UHGV virus genome: UHGV-0023958
Length of the DNA stretch: 64,000 nt
Origin: a virus
Strand: one strand, 5' to 3'
The notes beneath the pieces are model-generated. The model was not told the origin of the DNA and made no database searches. It saw nothing but the letters and a program-made list of their open reading frames with translations. Shown in pieces: positions 20,309 to 31,062 of this stretch. Numbering within the stretch: position 1 is the stretch's first letter; each line of letters starts with the position of its first letter. Both the position numbers and the translations under genes were made by a program.

Positions 20309-22048
20309 ATGGCTGACACAAATACTTATACTAGTAAACAAAAAGTAGAAAAATGGACCAGTAGGGATAAATTTAAAGCCTTAGACTTAACAGATATCCC
20401 TATTGGAACAGAATATAATTTAACTGGAAATATAGAACTAGAAGATTTAGATGCTTCTATACAAAATTCTTTAAATACGGTTGATAATAAATCAGGTGGT
20501 ACTATCAATGGAAACGTAATCGTAACAGGAGATTTTACAGTAAATGGTACTACAACTACAATAGATTCCACCACATTAAAAGTAAAAGATAAACTAATAT
20601 ATGTAGCTAAAGATAATACAGTAGCTTTAACTACTCCTGCAGGTATTATAACTCCTAAATATGATGGAACTAATAATGGTGGTATTGTATATGATAGTAC
20701 AGGTACAGCCTATGTAGGAGATATTACTTTAGACAGAAATGGAAATGTAGATGTAGCTAATAGTGATTTACAACCTATTGCTACTAGGAATGATTATAGT
20801 GCATATACTACAGATCATATTATCACCGCTTCTGTTGATTCTGCTGGAAAGAGTGTTAAATTCGTAGATAGTGGAAAAACATTAAACGACTATTATGTTT
20901 TAACCGGTGGTATCGGTGGTTACGGTGCATACTCCGATTTAAATGAAATCACTACACCAGGGGTTTATAATATTGATTCTGGTCCTAAGACAAATGCTCC
21001 GTCCACCTCTAATTCTCCTGCAAGACTAATTGTTGAACAGTTTTATCAGGATAGTACCCCAATGTTAATGCAGACTTATTATGTTTATGAGGACGAAACA
21101 GATACAGATAATTCTTGTTTTTATCATAGATTTAAGTATTCTTCCTCTGAGTGGTCGGCATGGCATCAAGTAGCAACAACAAATTATGTAAATAACAAAG
21201 TTGCTGTAGTAGAATTTGTACAACCAGTTGATAAAGATAATATAGGAAATATATTAGCATTAACAGATGAGCAGTATAATAAATTATTAAAAACAGAAAC
21301 AGCATTTATCGTATATGGAAACGACATTTATAGAAAAAATATAAGTGGTGACGAATACAATGGAATGATGTTTGAAAGTATTAGCGGTAAATTTGATTAT
21401 TCTACTGATTTTTATCTTACGACTGCTTATATGAGCGATAGTGATTATCCATTACAAAAAATATCTGTTGGAAGCGTTACCGGGCTTTCTTTGGGACTTC
21501 CTGTTTCATTTTATACACCAAGCAATGTTGCAATAGAAAAGCTCTCAAATAGAAGAATTACAAGTATAGATTCTACAAATAAAAAGATTACAGTTGATGG
21601 TGGATTTATTGGTTCTTCTTTAAGATTAGCAGAGGGAAGTCTTTTAAAGGTTCCGACTACATCACCACATAAGAAACTCACAAATACTATTATAAATGGT
21701 AGCAGTGAAACAAACATCATCAATGTAGATGAAACAAGATCTTTAACAGTTGGAATGGCAATAAGTTTCCATGTACCAGATGGTGGACTTATGGCTGGCG
21801 GCGTTGGAAGAATAATTACTGCAATAGATTCCACAAATAAAACGATTACTGTGAGTGGAGTTGCATTAGACAGCGATATGGTTTCAAGCGGAAGTTATAT
21901 AACTCTTTATCAATCTAAACCAACCAGTGGAAAATTAAAGGTTTTATATCAAAATGTGAGTGATAGTAAATATCTGTCTTTCGGTGAAATAGATCTCGAT
22001 GGAAATAAAAATGTATTCTCTGTAACTATTTACGAGGCAGGTGAATAA
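20309..22048 (+). CDS. tail fibre protein (579 aa)
   Basis: AAAGGAGG site and a Thr/Gly/Asn-rich β-structure-like composition. Confidence 0.5.
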   Translation: MADTNTYTSKQKVEKWTSRDKFKALDLTDIPIGTEYNLTGNIELEDLDASIQNSLNTVDNKSGGTINGNVIVTGDFTVNGTTTTIDSTTLKVKDKLIYVAKDNTVALTTPAGIITPKYDGTNNGGIVYDSTGTAYVGDITLDRNGNVDVANSDLQPIATRNDYSAYTTDHIITASVDSAGKSVKFVDSGKTLNDYYVLTGGIGGYGAYSDLNEITTPGVYNIDSGPKTNAPSTSNSPARLIVEQFYQDSTPMLMQTYYVYEDETDTDNSCFYHRFKYSSSEWSAWHQVATTNYVNNKVAVVEFVQPVDKDNIGNILALTDEQYNKLLKTETAFIVYGNDIYRKNISGDEYNGMMFESISGKFDYSTDFYLTTAYMSDSDYPLQKISVGSVTGLSLGLPVSFYTPSNVAIEKLSNRRITSIDSTNKKITVDGGFIGSSLRLAEGSLLKVPTTSPHKKLTNTIINGSSETNIINVDETRSLTVGMAISFHVPDGGLMAGGVGRIITAIDSTNKTITVSGVALDSDMVSSGSYITLYQSKPTSGKLKVLYQNVSDSKYLSFGEIDLDGNKNVFSVTIYEAGE

Positions 22049-22053
22049 TTGTT

Positions 22054-25000
22054 ATGAAACTTGTTACTAATAAGAGCAAAAATTTATTATATAGGATAGT
22101 TGATGCCGGTAACGCAATAGTACAGTTTAGAACTTCTTATGCTGTTGTTACTCAAAGAACTGCTGACACTTCAAGCAACCTCAATTTTAAGATAGTAGGT
22201 TATACAAAAACTGATTATAAGTTCCTTGCAGGTGAATTGTTTGGTATGGGAAAGCTATCTATTACATTTACAACTCCATCAACTACAGAGTTTACTTATG
22301 TTTTATTCGGAGTCAATGGTTCAAAAATTGATACTGCATGTAGATGTGATATGGATTTAAAACCATCAACAACTTATACATTTACTTGTAATTTTACTAA
22401 CATTACTCAAGGAAGTATATCTTGGAAAGATATGATGTTAGTAGAAGGAAGTGAAGCTGGGGATTATGAACCTTATTCTTATAATTTATTGGATAAATGG
22501 AAATATGAAAATACCTATACTTCTAATGGTGTAACTTGGACCAATAATGGCGATGGTTCTATTATGGCTAATGGATATGCCACTGGTTTCACTGCGAAGA
22601 ATATACTTGACAATAGTCCTGTGAATTATACACATAAGTATTTGTTTAATCCTAATTATGATAGTGATTCAACAAATATAATGTATGAATTAGTTTTTAT
22701 AAATAATAACACTGTTGTATACAATTTTGAAGGTCGTACGGGGTCAATTGTAGATATATCAAATTATACAAATATACTTACTTGTAGAATTAATTTAAAA
22801 AGAACATATAATTCTACTTCAGGTATTTATACTTATGGTTATGCAGAACCAGCTCTTTATGATCTTACTCTTATGTATGGAGCGGGAAATGAACCCACTA
22901 CAATAACTCAATTCTATACAGACTATCCAGAATTAAAAGTATCTCCTCTTGGTTTTATAGGATTAAAGAATCTAGAAATAAGTAATAAGAATATTAAGAG
23001 ATTGAGATATAAGATTTGGAATAATAGTTTGAATTTAATAGATAAAAATAAGTTTGATGTTTCTGTAATTACAAGAGGTGTAACATTTACTAACAATGGT
23101 GATGGCAGTTGGACTGTAAATGGTACCAGTACTTCACAAATATACATTTCTCTTTTACAATCGTCGAACCTACAATTAAATACAGCTCATAAATATTTGT
23201 TATCAGGTTGTCCAAAAGAAGGATCGAGCAATTTGTTTCTATATGTTGATAATAGGGGCGCGTTATTTGGTTATGATACTGGTAGCGGCTCTATTGGTAC
23301 TCCTACTAAAAACATTGGCACCATAACAATATCTGTATCGAATAATACCGTTGTTAATAATGCTATATTTAAACCACAATTATATGATCTTACAGAAATA
23401 TACGGAGCAGGTAAAGAACCAACAACCGTAGAACAATTTTATAAAGATCATCCATTAGCAAAAACATCCCCTTTAGGTTTTTCTGATTTAGGAATAATAC
23501 CAAGTAATAGTGGTTATATATTAAATAAATATAATAATCTTTCAGAAGAATTATTAGAAGAGAATATAGAGAAAAATACTGTAAGTTACCATATACCTGA
23601 TAAAACTAATATTTTATTAAATAAGGTAGAAGGTAAGACCAATAAGATTGTTCAGATAGCAGATCAAAATAATTATGCAATACTATCATCAACAGTTGGC
23701 GGCGTTACTATTAACAGAATAAAAGATGGTTATAGATTAAGTGGAATTTGTGTTACTTCTTCTAGTTACGATATTTTATATACTTATTCAAATCCACAAA
23801 TATCTATAACAAAAGGTCATAAATACTTATTATTAGATAATAGACTTAGTGCCATATCTCCAACCAGTACTAATGCCACTGTACAAGTTTTAAATCCAGA
23901 TACTACAGTAGTATTTTCAATTGTTGATAATATGTCTGTGGGTGCTGTGATTGGTACTGCCTCACAAGATACAAATTGTTATATGAGAATAAAGGTACAG
24001 AAAGATGTAACCTATAGTAATGTTGATTTATTACCACAACTCTTCGACCTTACAGCAATGTATGGTTTTGGTAAAGAACCAACAACAGTAGAACAATTTA
24101 AGAAAGACTATCCACAATTCTTTGATAGTAAGTTAGATGGTATTTGGAATGTAAGGACTAGTGGTATTTCTACTACTGGAAAGAATTTATTTGATGTTAA
24201 TAATGCGGCAAATAACAATGGTAGTTCTTCTTATTCTATCTCTAATGATGAAATAATTGTAACTCAGAATAGTAAAGATAACTGGAGTAGTGCTAATTTT
24301 CCTATAAAAAATTCAGGTGAATTGGTTGGTAAAACTATATCAATATCCTGTTTTGCTAAATCAGATAGTATAAATAAACCGAGTATTAGAGTTCAATGGA
24401 TGACATCGGGTGGTTTAGCAGTAGGATCTATAGCGGCTATTTCTCTGCCAAGTACTTCTACCACGTTTATAGAATTAGCTGCGAGTGGAACAGTTCCTGA
24501 AAAACCTGCTACGGCAGATACATTGAGGTTTATGTTCTATTCAAATTCAGATGGAGATTTATCTGGTTCTACGGATAGTATTTTTTCTTGTACCTATAAA
24601 GATATTCAGTTAGAGATAAGCGATTCTGCTACTTCTTATGAACCTTATACAAAAAATAAAATAGATCTTTTAAGTACACAAACACTAAATGGAATAAATG
24701 GAGTTAATGATTATATAGAAGTTATTGATAAAGGCAATGGATTATATGATTTAAAGAAAACTCAAAATATTGATAGTGTTGATTTGGGTACTTTAGATTG
24801 GGGAAAATCAACCGTATTTTATATTCCTGATGCTTCTTATTATATAAAATCTAATTCCGATGGCTTATGTAAGAAGTTTTTGGTGCTTAATTTCAATAAA
24901 TCAGTAGATACAGAGGATTACATTGAAACACGTTCTGATCATTATTTATATTTTAGATACCAGAGTAATTCTATTTATAAAGATATGACTCCAGTACAAT

Positions 25001-25200
25001 TTAAAACAGCAATGAATGGAATTATTCTTTACTATCAATTAAAAACTCCAGTAACAACAACCATAGCAGAAAATCTAACTTACAATCAAGTAAGTGCAAT
25101 AAGAACAAATGGTGGACTTCTTTTAGTAAATGACAATAACAATCAAAAGTATGCTCAACCAAATGTTACTATAAAATCAAATTATCAATACAAGAATTGA
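22054..25200 (+). CDS. large modular tail fibre / host-specificity protein (1048 aa)
   Basis: Three copies of the motif PQL(Y/F)DLT.(M/I)YG(A/F)G(N/K)EPTT(I/V).QF plus two 'ATSYEPY'-type junction motifs. No TAG. Confidence 0.55.
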   Translation: MKLVTNKSKNLLYRIVDAGNAIVQFRTSYAVVTQRTADTSSNLNFKIVGYTKTDYKFLAGELFGMGKLSITFTTPSTTEFTYVLFGVNGSKIDTACRCDMDLKPSTTYTFTCNFTNITQGSISWKDMMLVEGSEAGDYEPYSYNLLDKWKYENTYTSNGVTWTNNGDGSIMANGYATGFTAKNILDNSPVNYTHKYLFNPNYDSDSTNIMYELVFINNNTVVYNFEGRTGSIVDISNYTNILTCRINLKRTYNSTSGIYTYGYAEPALYDLTLMYGAGNEPTTITQFYTDYPELKVSPLGFIGLKNLEISNKNIKRLRYKIWNNSLNLIDKNKFDVSVITRGVTFTNNGDGSWTVNGTSTSQIYISLLQSSNLQLNTAHKYLLSGCPKEGSSNLFLYVDNRGALFGYDTGSGSIGTPTKNIGTITISVSNNTVVNNAIFKPQLYDLTEIYGAGKEPTTVEQFYKDHPLAKTSPLGFSDLGIIPSNSGYILNKYNNLSEELLEENIEKNTVSYHIPDKTNILLNKVEGKTNKIVQIADQNNYAILSSTVGGVTINRIKDGYRLSGICVTSSSYDILYTYSNPQISITKGHKYLLLDNRLSAISPTSTNATVQVLNPDTTVVFSIVDNMSVGAVIGTASQDTNCYMRIKVQKDVTYSNVDLLPQLFDLTAMYGFGKEPTTVEQFKKDYPQFFDSKLDGIWNVRTSGISTTGKNLFDVNNAANNNGSSSYSISNDEIIVTQNSKDNWSSANFPIKNSGELVGKTISISCFAKSDSINKPSIRVQWMTSGGLAVGSIAAISLPSTSTTFIELAASGTVPEKPATADTLRFMFYSNSDGDLSGSTDSIFSCTYKDIQLEISDSATSYEPYTKNKIDLLSTQTLNGINGVNDYIEVIDKGNGLYDLKKTQNIDSVDLGTLDWGKSTVFYIPDASYYIKSNSDGLCKKFLVLNFNKSVDTEDYIETRSDHYLYFRYQSNSIYKDMTPVQFKTAMNGIILYYQLKTPVTTTIAENLTYNQVSAIRTNGGLLLVNDNNNQKYAQPNVTIKSNYQYKN

Positions 25201-25309
25201 TAAAAGTGTAATTTCATTTCTTGTATAGATATATAAACAATTCTCCTTCTCCTTCTTTGTTTGAAAGAGCAGGGAAGGAGAGAAAAAATAATTTAAGGAG
25301 AAAACGAAA

Positions 25310-25696
25310 ATGGCTCAAAATGAAAATTATAATCAAGTAGATTTAAGAGTCGGAACAGAAGAGTAGTTTAATGCAAAAGTAGGAACACTTCCTGCAGGAA
25401 CATTATTCGGAGTTACAGATTCAACAGTTTCAAAAGCCGATTTGTCTACTGATTTAAAAAATGAAATAAATGGAAAATACGTAAAGCCAGCTGACGGTAT
25501 TCCTAAAACGGACCTTGCAAGTGCAGTACAGACATCACTCGGAAAAGCAGATTCAGCACTTCAATCAGTACCGAGTAATTATGTAACTAATACTACTCTT
25601 GCTGCAGAAGGTACTTACGGTTTGGCGCAGATTTGGCTCGGTACAGACAACTACCTCTATATCAAAACAAGCGAAAACCAATCGGGGGTGTCATAA
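25310..25696 (+). CDS. tail fibre-related small protein with one in-frame TAG at 25364.
   Basis: AAGGAGAAAA site. The motif KPADGIPKTDLASAVQTSLGKADSALQS is shared with the fibre gene at 49073-50764. Confidence 0.5.
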
Positions 25697-27396
25697 TGGT
25701 TACTAATAAAATATATTTTAATAACACAACAACCCTTGTAACACTTAATGGTGTTTATTACAACGGAACTAAAATTGAAGGGTGCAAAGGTATTAAACTT
25801 AATGGAGATATTGTTGTTAGTTTCGAGACTGTAAACCCTCAATTAAACTGGTCTGATTATACCAATGCTTATAATGCAGTTTGGACTAGTAGTGATACAA
25901 CAGTCGAAACAGATAAAATGGCGAGAATGACCGCTGAAAATGAATTTGCGATTTGCAGATCGGCTTGGATGTTGTATACAAGCGAAGAATTGACTGAGCC
26001 CGCTTTGGGCGGTAAGGCACAGTTATTTAATTTTAATAGTGATGGAAGATTGTACATTGGAGATGATGCAATCGTTCAAAGCTGGACAACGTTATTACAA
26101 ACGGGTATAGAATCGATAACAATAGGTAGTGTACATGCAAAAATACCCCTTTATTCTATGTTAACAGGTCTTCCTCTTATTTATAAAAGAGAAGATGCTT
26201 CGTTTGCTCCGACAAACATTCTGGATATAAATAATAATGGCGGTTATGATATAAGTTATGATCATGGTCAATGGGTAATTAATTTTGCCGATCTTTCTAA
26301 GATAAAAGATCAGAATAACAATATGATAACACCCCTTGATATAGTACATGCTATATCAAGTACTCTTTCTGTGGGAGCAACATACGAAGAAGGATCATCG
26401 CATATAACCATAGATGGTGCTGAAAATTGGGGAGAATTTGAATTTTTAGATGCTCTTTCCAATGTTTACGTGCCAGGTTTCGGTCCCTTTGGGGAGAATG
26501 AGGCGGATTATCCACCTGGGGAAGATGATTTATACCGTTTAATTCCAAACGAGCACTTTCTTGCACAACCGTACTGGGGTATAAATATAGATAGATAGAT
26601 AAGAATAAAAAATCTATTTAATCCTTCCATTCCTAATTGTTATTTATACATACTTACGGGGTGGGGGCTGCAGTATATCATCGAATCGTTAGGCTACACC
26701 GACGGGCAAGCTTTTATAGGTGATTATTACGTACAGGGTGAGGATAATGATGAGGTTAATATAACTTATTTTGATACCTCTTGTTTTACAGGTCTTCAAT
26801 ATCCGAATATTTTATGCAGAATGAATAGTTCTTACGGTAATTTTTGGCCTGATGATATTTTTACCAGCGGTAATTGGGGCGGAATATACCATATAAATGA
26901 TTATGGATCCCAAAATCCAAATCCTGTTTTTCCCACAGATTGCCCGTATGGCTTTAGTTCGTTATTATCAGATTTAAACTCTGTTCTTCCAAACGCAGAA
27001 ACCGAATGGATTGCCGTAAACAACCTACAAAACGCTAAAGTAACATGTACTCTTAATCAAGACGTGGAAGCAGATTACAAAGATGGTAGTGATATAATTA
27101 CAGACGGTATTGCAATTAATGTATTTGATAAATATCAAGAAAATTATCCAACTAACTTTCCATACAATAACCCATCAAATCCTACTGAAGAAATTGAGTA
27201 TGTTTTGAAGCTAAAAATGAGAACATATCCTTCTTATGCTACTAGTAGCGGAGGAACGGGCGCAACGGCTGAAAATAAATGGTATCTTAATGCTTATGAT
27301 CCATATAATGTCGGTGGTTACTATCCAGTTAAAAAGACAGCAGCATCAGTAGCTGGAAATATGTATAAAACAACGGTTAATTATACAGCACAGTAA
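25696..27396 (+). CDS. tail protein made of two ORF-track fragments joined through TAG at 26596.
   Basis: Frame 1 is open from 25696 to TAA at 27394, and the only internal stop is TAG. Confidence 0.5.
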
Positions 27397-27422
27397 AAAT
27401 AATCGTGAAGGAGATTAATAAT

Positions 27423-27617
27423 ATGGCGGATGTAATTGTTGTAGACGATCGTTTATCAACAACTAGCACAAACCCAGTACAGAATAAAGTTGTAACAGCG
27501 GCGTTAAACGGAAAGGTTTCGGATAGTGTTTATGCGTCTGGAACTTCTTTTGGAACTGCTAAAATTTGGGTTGACAGTTTAAATTATTTAAATATAGTTA
27601 CAGAAAAAACAGTATAA
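27423..27617 (+). CDS. small tail-fibre-motif protein (SxNPVQNKVV…AL.GK)
   Basis: GAAGGAGA site. Confidence 0.4.
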   Translation: MADVIVVDDRLSTTSTNPVQNKVVTAALNGKVSDSVYASGTSFGTAKIWVDSLNYLNIVTEKTV

Positions 27618-27633
27618 TACAGGTGATAAAAAA

Positions 27634-27960
27634 ATGAAAGATATTATTATTTATATTATCTTCGGGTTACTTTGTGCTGGAGTATTAGCGTATTTAATTG
27701 TAAATATTGTTAAATTCTCCAAAATGAAACCTGAAGAAAGAAAAGAAATGGTTGTAACATATCTTAAAGGTTTGGTTGCCTATGCAGAAAAGAAATTGGG
27801 TTCTGGTAATGGCGCGGAGAAATTAAAACTCGTTGAAGATATGTTTAAAAAGAAAGCACCAATGATTTATAAAATGCTTTTAAAAGCAACTGGTGTTAAA
27901 GATATTAAAGGATTAATCGAAGTCGCTCTTGCAGAAGTTAAGCGCGATTTTGTGAAGTGA
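27634..27960 (+). CDS. holin-like small membrane protein with one N-terminal transmembrane helix
   Basis: IIIYIIFGLLCAGVLAYLIVNIV followed by a charged tail. No lysin is adjacent. Confidence 0.3.
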   Translation: MKDIIIYIIFGLLCAGVLAYLIVNIVKFSKMKPEERKEMVVTYLKGLVAYAEKKLGSGNGAEKLKLVEDMFKKKAPMIYKMLLKATGVKDIKGLIEVALAEVKRDFVK

Positions 27961-27968
27961 GGTAAAAT

Positions 27969-28166
27969 ATGGCTTGTGGTTGCTGTGATTTAAACAGAAT
28001 TAAAAAATTATTTGAAGAAAAACGTAAAAAAGAAGCCGAAGCAGCGAAAGCGGCAGAGGAAGAAAAAGAAGTTTTAAAAGAAGCCGAAGCTAAATCGATT
28101 GCTAAGCCTCGTAAGAAGAAAGTTGAAGTAAAAGAAGAAGCAACAGAAGTTTCTGAAGAATTATAA
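27969..28166 (+). CDS. small Lys/Glu-rich protein
   Basis: Ribosome-binding site plus ATG. Confidence 0.35.
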   Translation: MACGCCDLNRIKKLFEEKRKKEAEAAKAAEEEKEVLKEAEAKSIAKPRKKKVEVKEEATEVSEEL

Positions 28167-28186
28167 AAGATAAAAGGAGAATTACT

Positions 28187-28858
28187 ATGGTTAAATTTAA
28201 TAAAAGTATAAATGAATATGATTATGTTTTGTCTTTTGATTTGGCAAAACATGACACAGGATATTCACTTTATAGCCTTTTCGATAAAACCGTAATTCTC
28301 ACTGGAATGATTATCGTAGAGGAAAAAGAAAATTATTGGTATGGACTTTATGAGGAGTTCGAGCATTTATTGCTCGAACTTTCCTCTAAGTTCGACAAAA
28401 AGAAAATTTTTGTTATAAAAGAAAAATTGCCGACACAAAACGGTCGGTTCTCAACGATATCTACTTTGCAAGCTTTGGCACAAGTTCACGCTATTTTGGA
28501 TATAGCTTGCGGTAATTGTGGTTTTGAATTTTATGATTATGACGGAATTCACTCCGTTTCTGTAAAAGCTTATTTTAAAGAACTTACTGGAATAGAAAAA
28601 CCAACAAAAGAAGATATTGCTAATAAAATATCCTTTTTATGCGCTGAGTATGACTTCTCTGGGCTTCCTTTGGATATTACGGATAGTTTGGCGGTTACGC
28701 TCACACTTGTCGATAGGAAGTGGAATAAGGACATTACAGAAGAGATTAAAAGCATAAATAAAGATATTAAAAAATTTAAATCTGAAAAAAAGAAGCAAGA
28801 ATTGCTCAATTATATAAATAAATTAAATTCATTAAAAATAATAAAGGAGGGTGACTGA
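28187..28858 (+). CDS. RuvC-like Holliday-junction resolvase
   Basis: N-terminal VLSFDLAKHDTGYSLY is like the RuvC motif IDPG..TGY. C-terminal LDITDSLAVTLTL is like D.ADALAIA. Confidence 0.45.
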   Translation: MVKFNKSINEYDYVLSFDLAKHDTGYSLYSLFDKTVILTGMIIVEEKENYWYGLYEEFEHLLLELSSKFDKKKIFVIKEKLPTQNGRFSTISTLQALAQVHAILDIACGNCGFEFYDYDGIHSVSVKAYFKELTGIEKPTKEDIANKISFLCAEYDFSGLPLDITDSLAVTLTLVDRKWNKDITEEIKSINKDIKKFKSEKKKQELLNYINKLNSLKIIKEGD

Positions 28859-28860
28859 AT

Positions 28861-29883
28861 ATGGGAAAGCGCACCACTGTATATAACGCTGGTCTTACCG
28901 ATAATTGGGACAGTGTTTCTAAAGAAAATAAAGGGTTGGTTGACGAGTTTGTTGAATATCTTGTATCGGTTAATAAAAGCCCTCAAACAATTCATCAATA
29001 TCATGAACAGTTAAAAGTATTTTTCTGTTGGAATGAAAAGCATAATCAAAACAAATTTTTTGTTGATTTAAAGAAAAGAGAACTAATTAAATTTTTCGGT
29101 TATCTTTCAAATGATTTGAAAGTAAGTCCAAACAGAGTTTGTTCGCTTCGTTCTGTTTTAAGCAGTCTTTCAAATTTTATTGAAAGAATTATGGACGAAG
29201 ATTATCCAACTTTTAGAAATATTGTAAAAGTGCTAGAACCCGTTACAAAAACTTTTGTAAGAGAAAGACCAATTTTGACAATGGATCAAATCAGAGAATG
29301 TTTGGTAAAGCTCGAAGAGGCGAAGAAATATCAGGTCGCTGCATGTCTTGCTGTTTTAGCTGGTAGTGGTATGAGAAAAAGCGAAGTTGTTCAAATGAAA
29401 ATGAGCGACTTTACAGAAGATAGATTGGTTTATGGCGGTCGAGCTTATGAATCTGAAAAGATTAGAACAAAAGGTAGAGGGAAAGAGGGAAAGGTCGTAA
29501 CGAGAATTATTTTTAGGACACTTGTTCCCCTTGATCATTATATTGAATTATGGAAACAAAAAAGAGAAGAACTTGGTATTAAGAGCGAGTGGATGTTTGT
29601 TGCATATCACGACGGTTCTTATCAACAGGCAAACGTTGCCACAATTAATTCGTTTGCGAGAACAATCGGAAATTATCTTGGAGAAGATTTCTTTCCGCAT
29701 AACGTTCGGCATACAACTTCAACTGCTTTGGAGCTTGCTGGGTATCCGATTGATGTTGTTCAATCTATATTTAGATGGGCAGATCCAAAGATGGTTAAGT
29801 ATTATTCTAATATTAGTGAAACAGAATCATTGAATAGCTTTTTCGATAAACTTAACGAAAAAGAAGAAAACAAAGAAGAATAA
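28861..29883 (+). CDS. tyrosine site-specific recombinase / integrase (XerC/D-like)
   Basis: C-terminal HNVRHTTSTALELAGYPIDVVQSIFRWADPKMVKYY carries the HxxR…Y catalytic signature. An SSB-like N-terminal core-binding domain is also present. Confidence 0.75.
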   Translation: MGKRTTVYNAGLTDNWDSVSKENKGLVDEFVEYLVSVNKSPQTIHQYHEQLKVFFCWNEKHNQNKFFVDLKKRELIKFFGYLSNDLKVSPNRVCSLRSVLSSLSNFIERIMDEDYPTFRNIVKVLEPVTKTFVRERPILTMDQIRECLVKLEEAKKYQVAACLAVLAGSGMRKSEVVQMKMSDFTEDRLVYGGRAYESEKIRTKGRGKEGKVVTRIIFRTLVPLDHYIELWKQKREELGIKSEWMFVAYHDGSYQQANVATINSFARTIGNYLGEDFFPHNVRHTTSTALELAGYPIDVVQSIFRWADPKMVKYYSNISETESLNSFFDKLNEKEENKEE

Positions 29884-29900
29884 AAAGGAGATTAAAAGTT

Positions 29901-30551
29901 ATGGAAGGCGTAGAGAATTTAAAAATTACTGATGTTTTGGATATTTGTGCAGATTATCTTGACAATCCGACAAAAAAAGAAAATATCGACAATTTTGAAA
30001 ATATGAAGCAAAAACTTGTTGTAAGGAAAATGTTGCCGCTTTTGTTTAAAGAAGATGTTTTAACAAAAGTTTTGGCATCTATTGAAAGTTATGGAGACGA
30101 ATTATACGGTTATTGCTCCGCGCTCGAACTTTCTTTAACTTTTAATGCTTTGATGGCGTATACCAACATCGATTTGATGATTGATTCAGCATTAAAAGAT
30201 TATGGTTATTACGATTTAATTTGGATGTCTGGTCTTGCAGATTATATTTTGGAATTCTGCAGAGACGATTATAACCATTTAAAAGAAATGGTTTATCAGA
30301 TGTTGAATTTCTCGAATTTGAAAGAATTATTTAGCGCACTTAATGGTGTTGATACCGAAGCATTGGATAGATTGACAAAAGAAGTCAATGAAACTAGAAC
30401 AAATATCGATCCATCGATTATTGCAAATTTGGCAAAAGTTGTTGATTTCGTAGATCCGATGACAGCCACGGTAAAAAATTCAATTCAAGAAAATGTTGCG
30501 AAAGCCGTTGAAGAATATAAAAAACAGCAAAAGAACGAAGAAAATAAATAA
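29901..30551 (+). CDS. acidic protein, possible tail assembly chaperone
   Basis: Its position directly upstream of the tape measure gene and its acidic composition. Confidence 0.35.
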   Translation: MEGVENLKITDVLDICADYLDNPTKKENIDNFENMKQKLVVRKMLPLLFKEDVLTKVLASIESYGDELYGYCSALELSLTFNALMAYTNIDLMIDSALKDYGYYDLIWMSGLADYILEFCRDDYNHLKEMVYQMLNFSNLKELFSALNGVDTEALDRLTKEVNETRTNIDPSIIANLAKVVDFVDPMTATVKNSIQENVAKAVEEYKKQQKNEENK

Positions 30552-30571
30552 TATAAGGAGGTAATTGTCCT

Positions 30572-31060
30572 ATGGCTTTATCATAGAAAGATGTTCACCT
30601 TGATTTAGGGTTATTAAAATCTTTAAATAAAAAAGATTTAGAAGACGCTTTAAAATATTTAACTGAAAATCTTGAAAAGATTTTTAAAAGTAATATAGAA
30701 GAAGTTTATAGGATAAATACTTCGGTTTTAAAAGGAAATTACGTTCCATTAGAAGAAATGTTATCTGCTGTTACAGTAGTATATAATATGCATCCTCCTT
30801 CTTGTAAAATATACATAGATGAAGATAAAATCACTTGGAAAGATTCTGAGGGCGAATCTGTACATAGTATTCCTTTAAACAAACAATATTACGATGGGTT
30901 TGTTACAAAAGAAGTTAAAACTTTAAATGAATATTGGATGTTGCCTATATCTTCAATACAAGAAGAATCTTGGATTATTGATAGAACTTATAAGGGAATA
31001 GTGGAATTTATTCAAAAAGAGTTTGTTCAATATATTTCTAACAAATTAAGGAGGAAATAA
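30572..31060 (+). CDS. possible second tail chaperone with an in-frame TAG at 30584
   Basis: AAGGAGG site and ATG at 30572, in frame with the ORF starting at 30758. Confidence 0.4.
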
Positions 31061-31062
31061 TA

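Noticed and set aside
11725-25200. TGA as a possible second reassigned codon (TGA to Trp, as in some recoded phages)
   Set aside because: TGA occurs as the terminal codon of several well-delimited genes (12423, 12736, 18787, 25200, 27960, 28858, 40838, 51646, 54527, 59093), positioned right before the next start. No in-frame internal TGA was found in any long ORF.
25242-25290. Hairpin TCTCCTTC…GAAGGAGA after the large fibre gene as a terminator
   Set aside because: It is followed by an A-run rather than a T-run on the coding strand and has a long 24-nt loop. It is more likely part of the ribosome-binding region of the gene at 25310.
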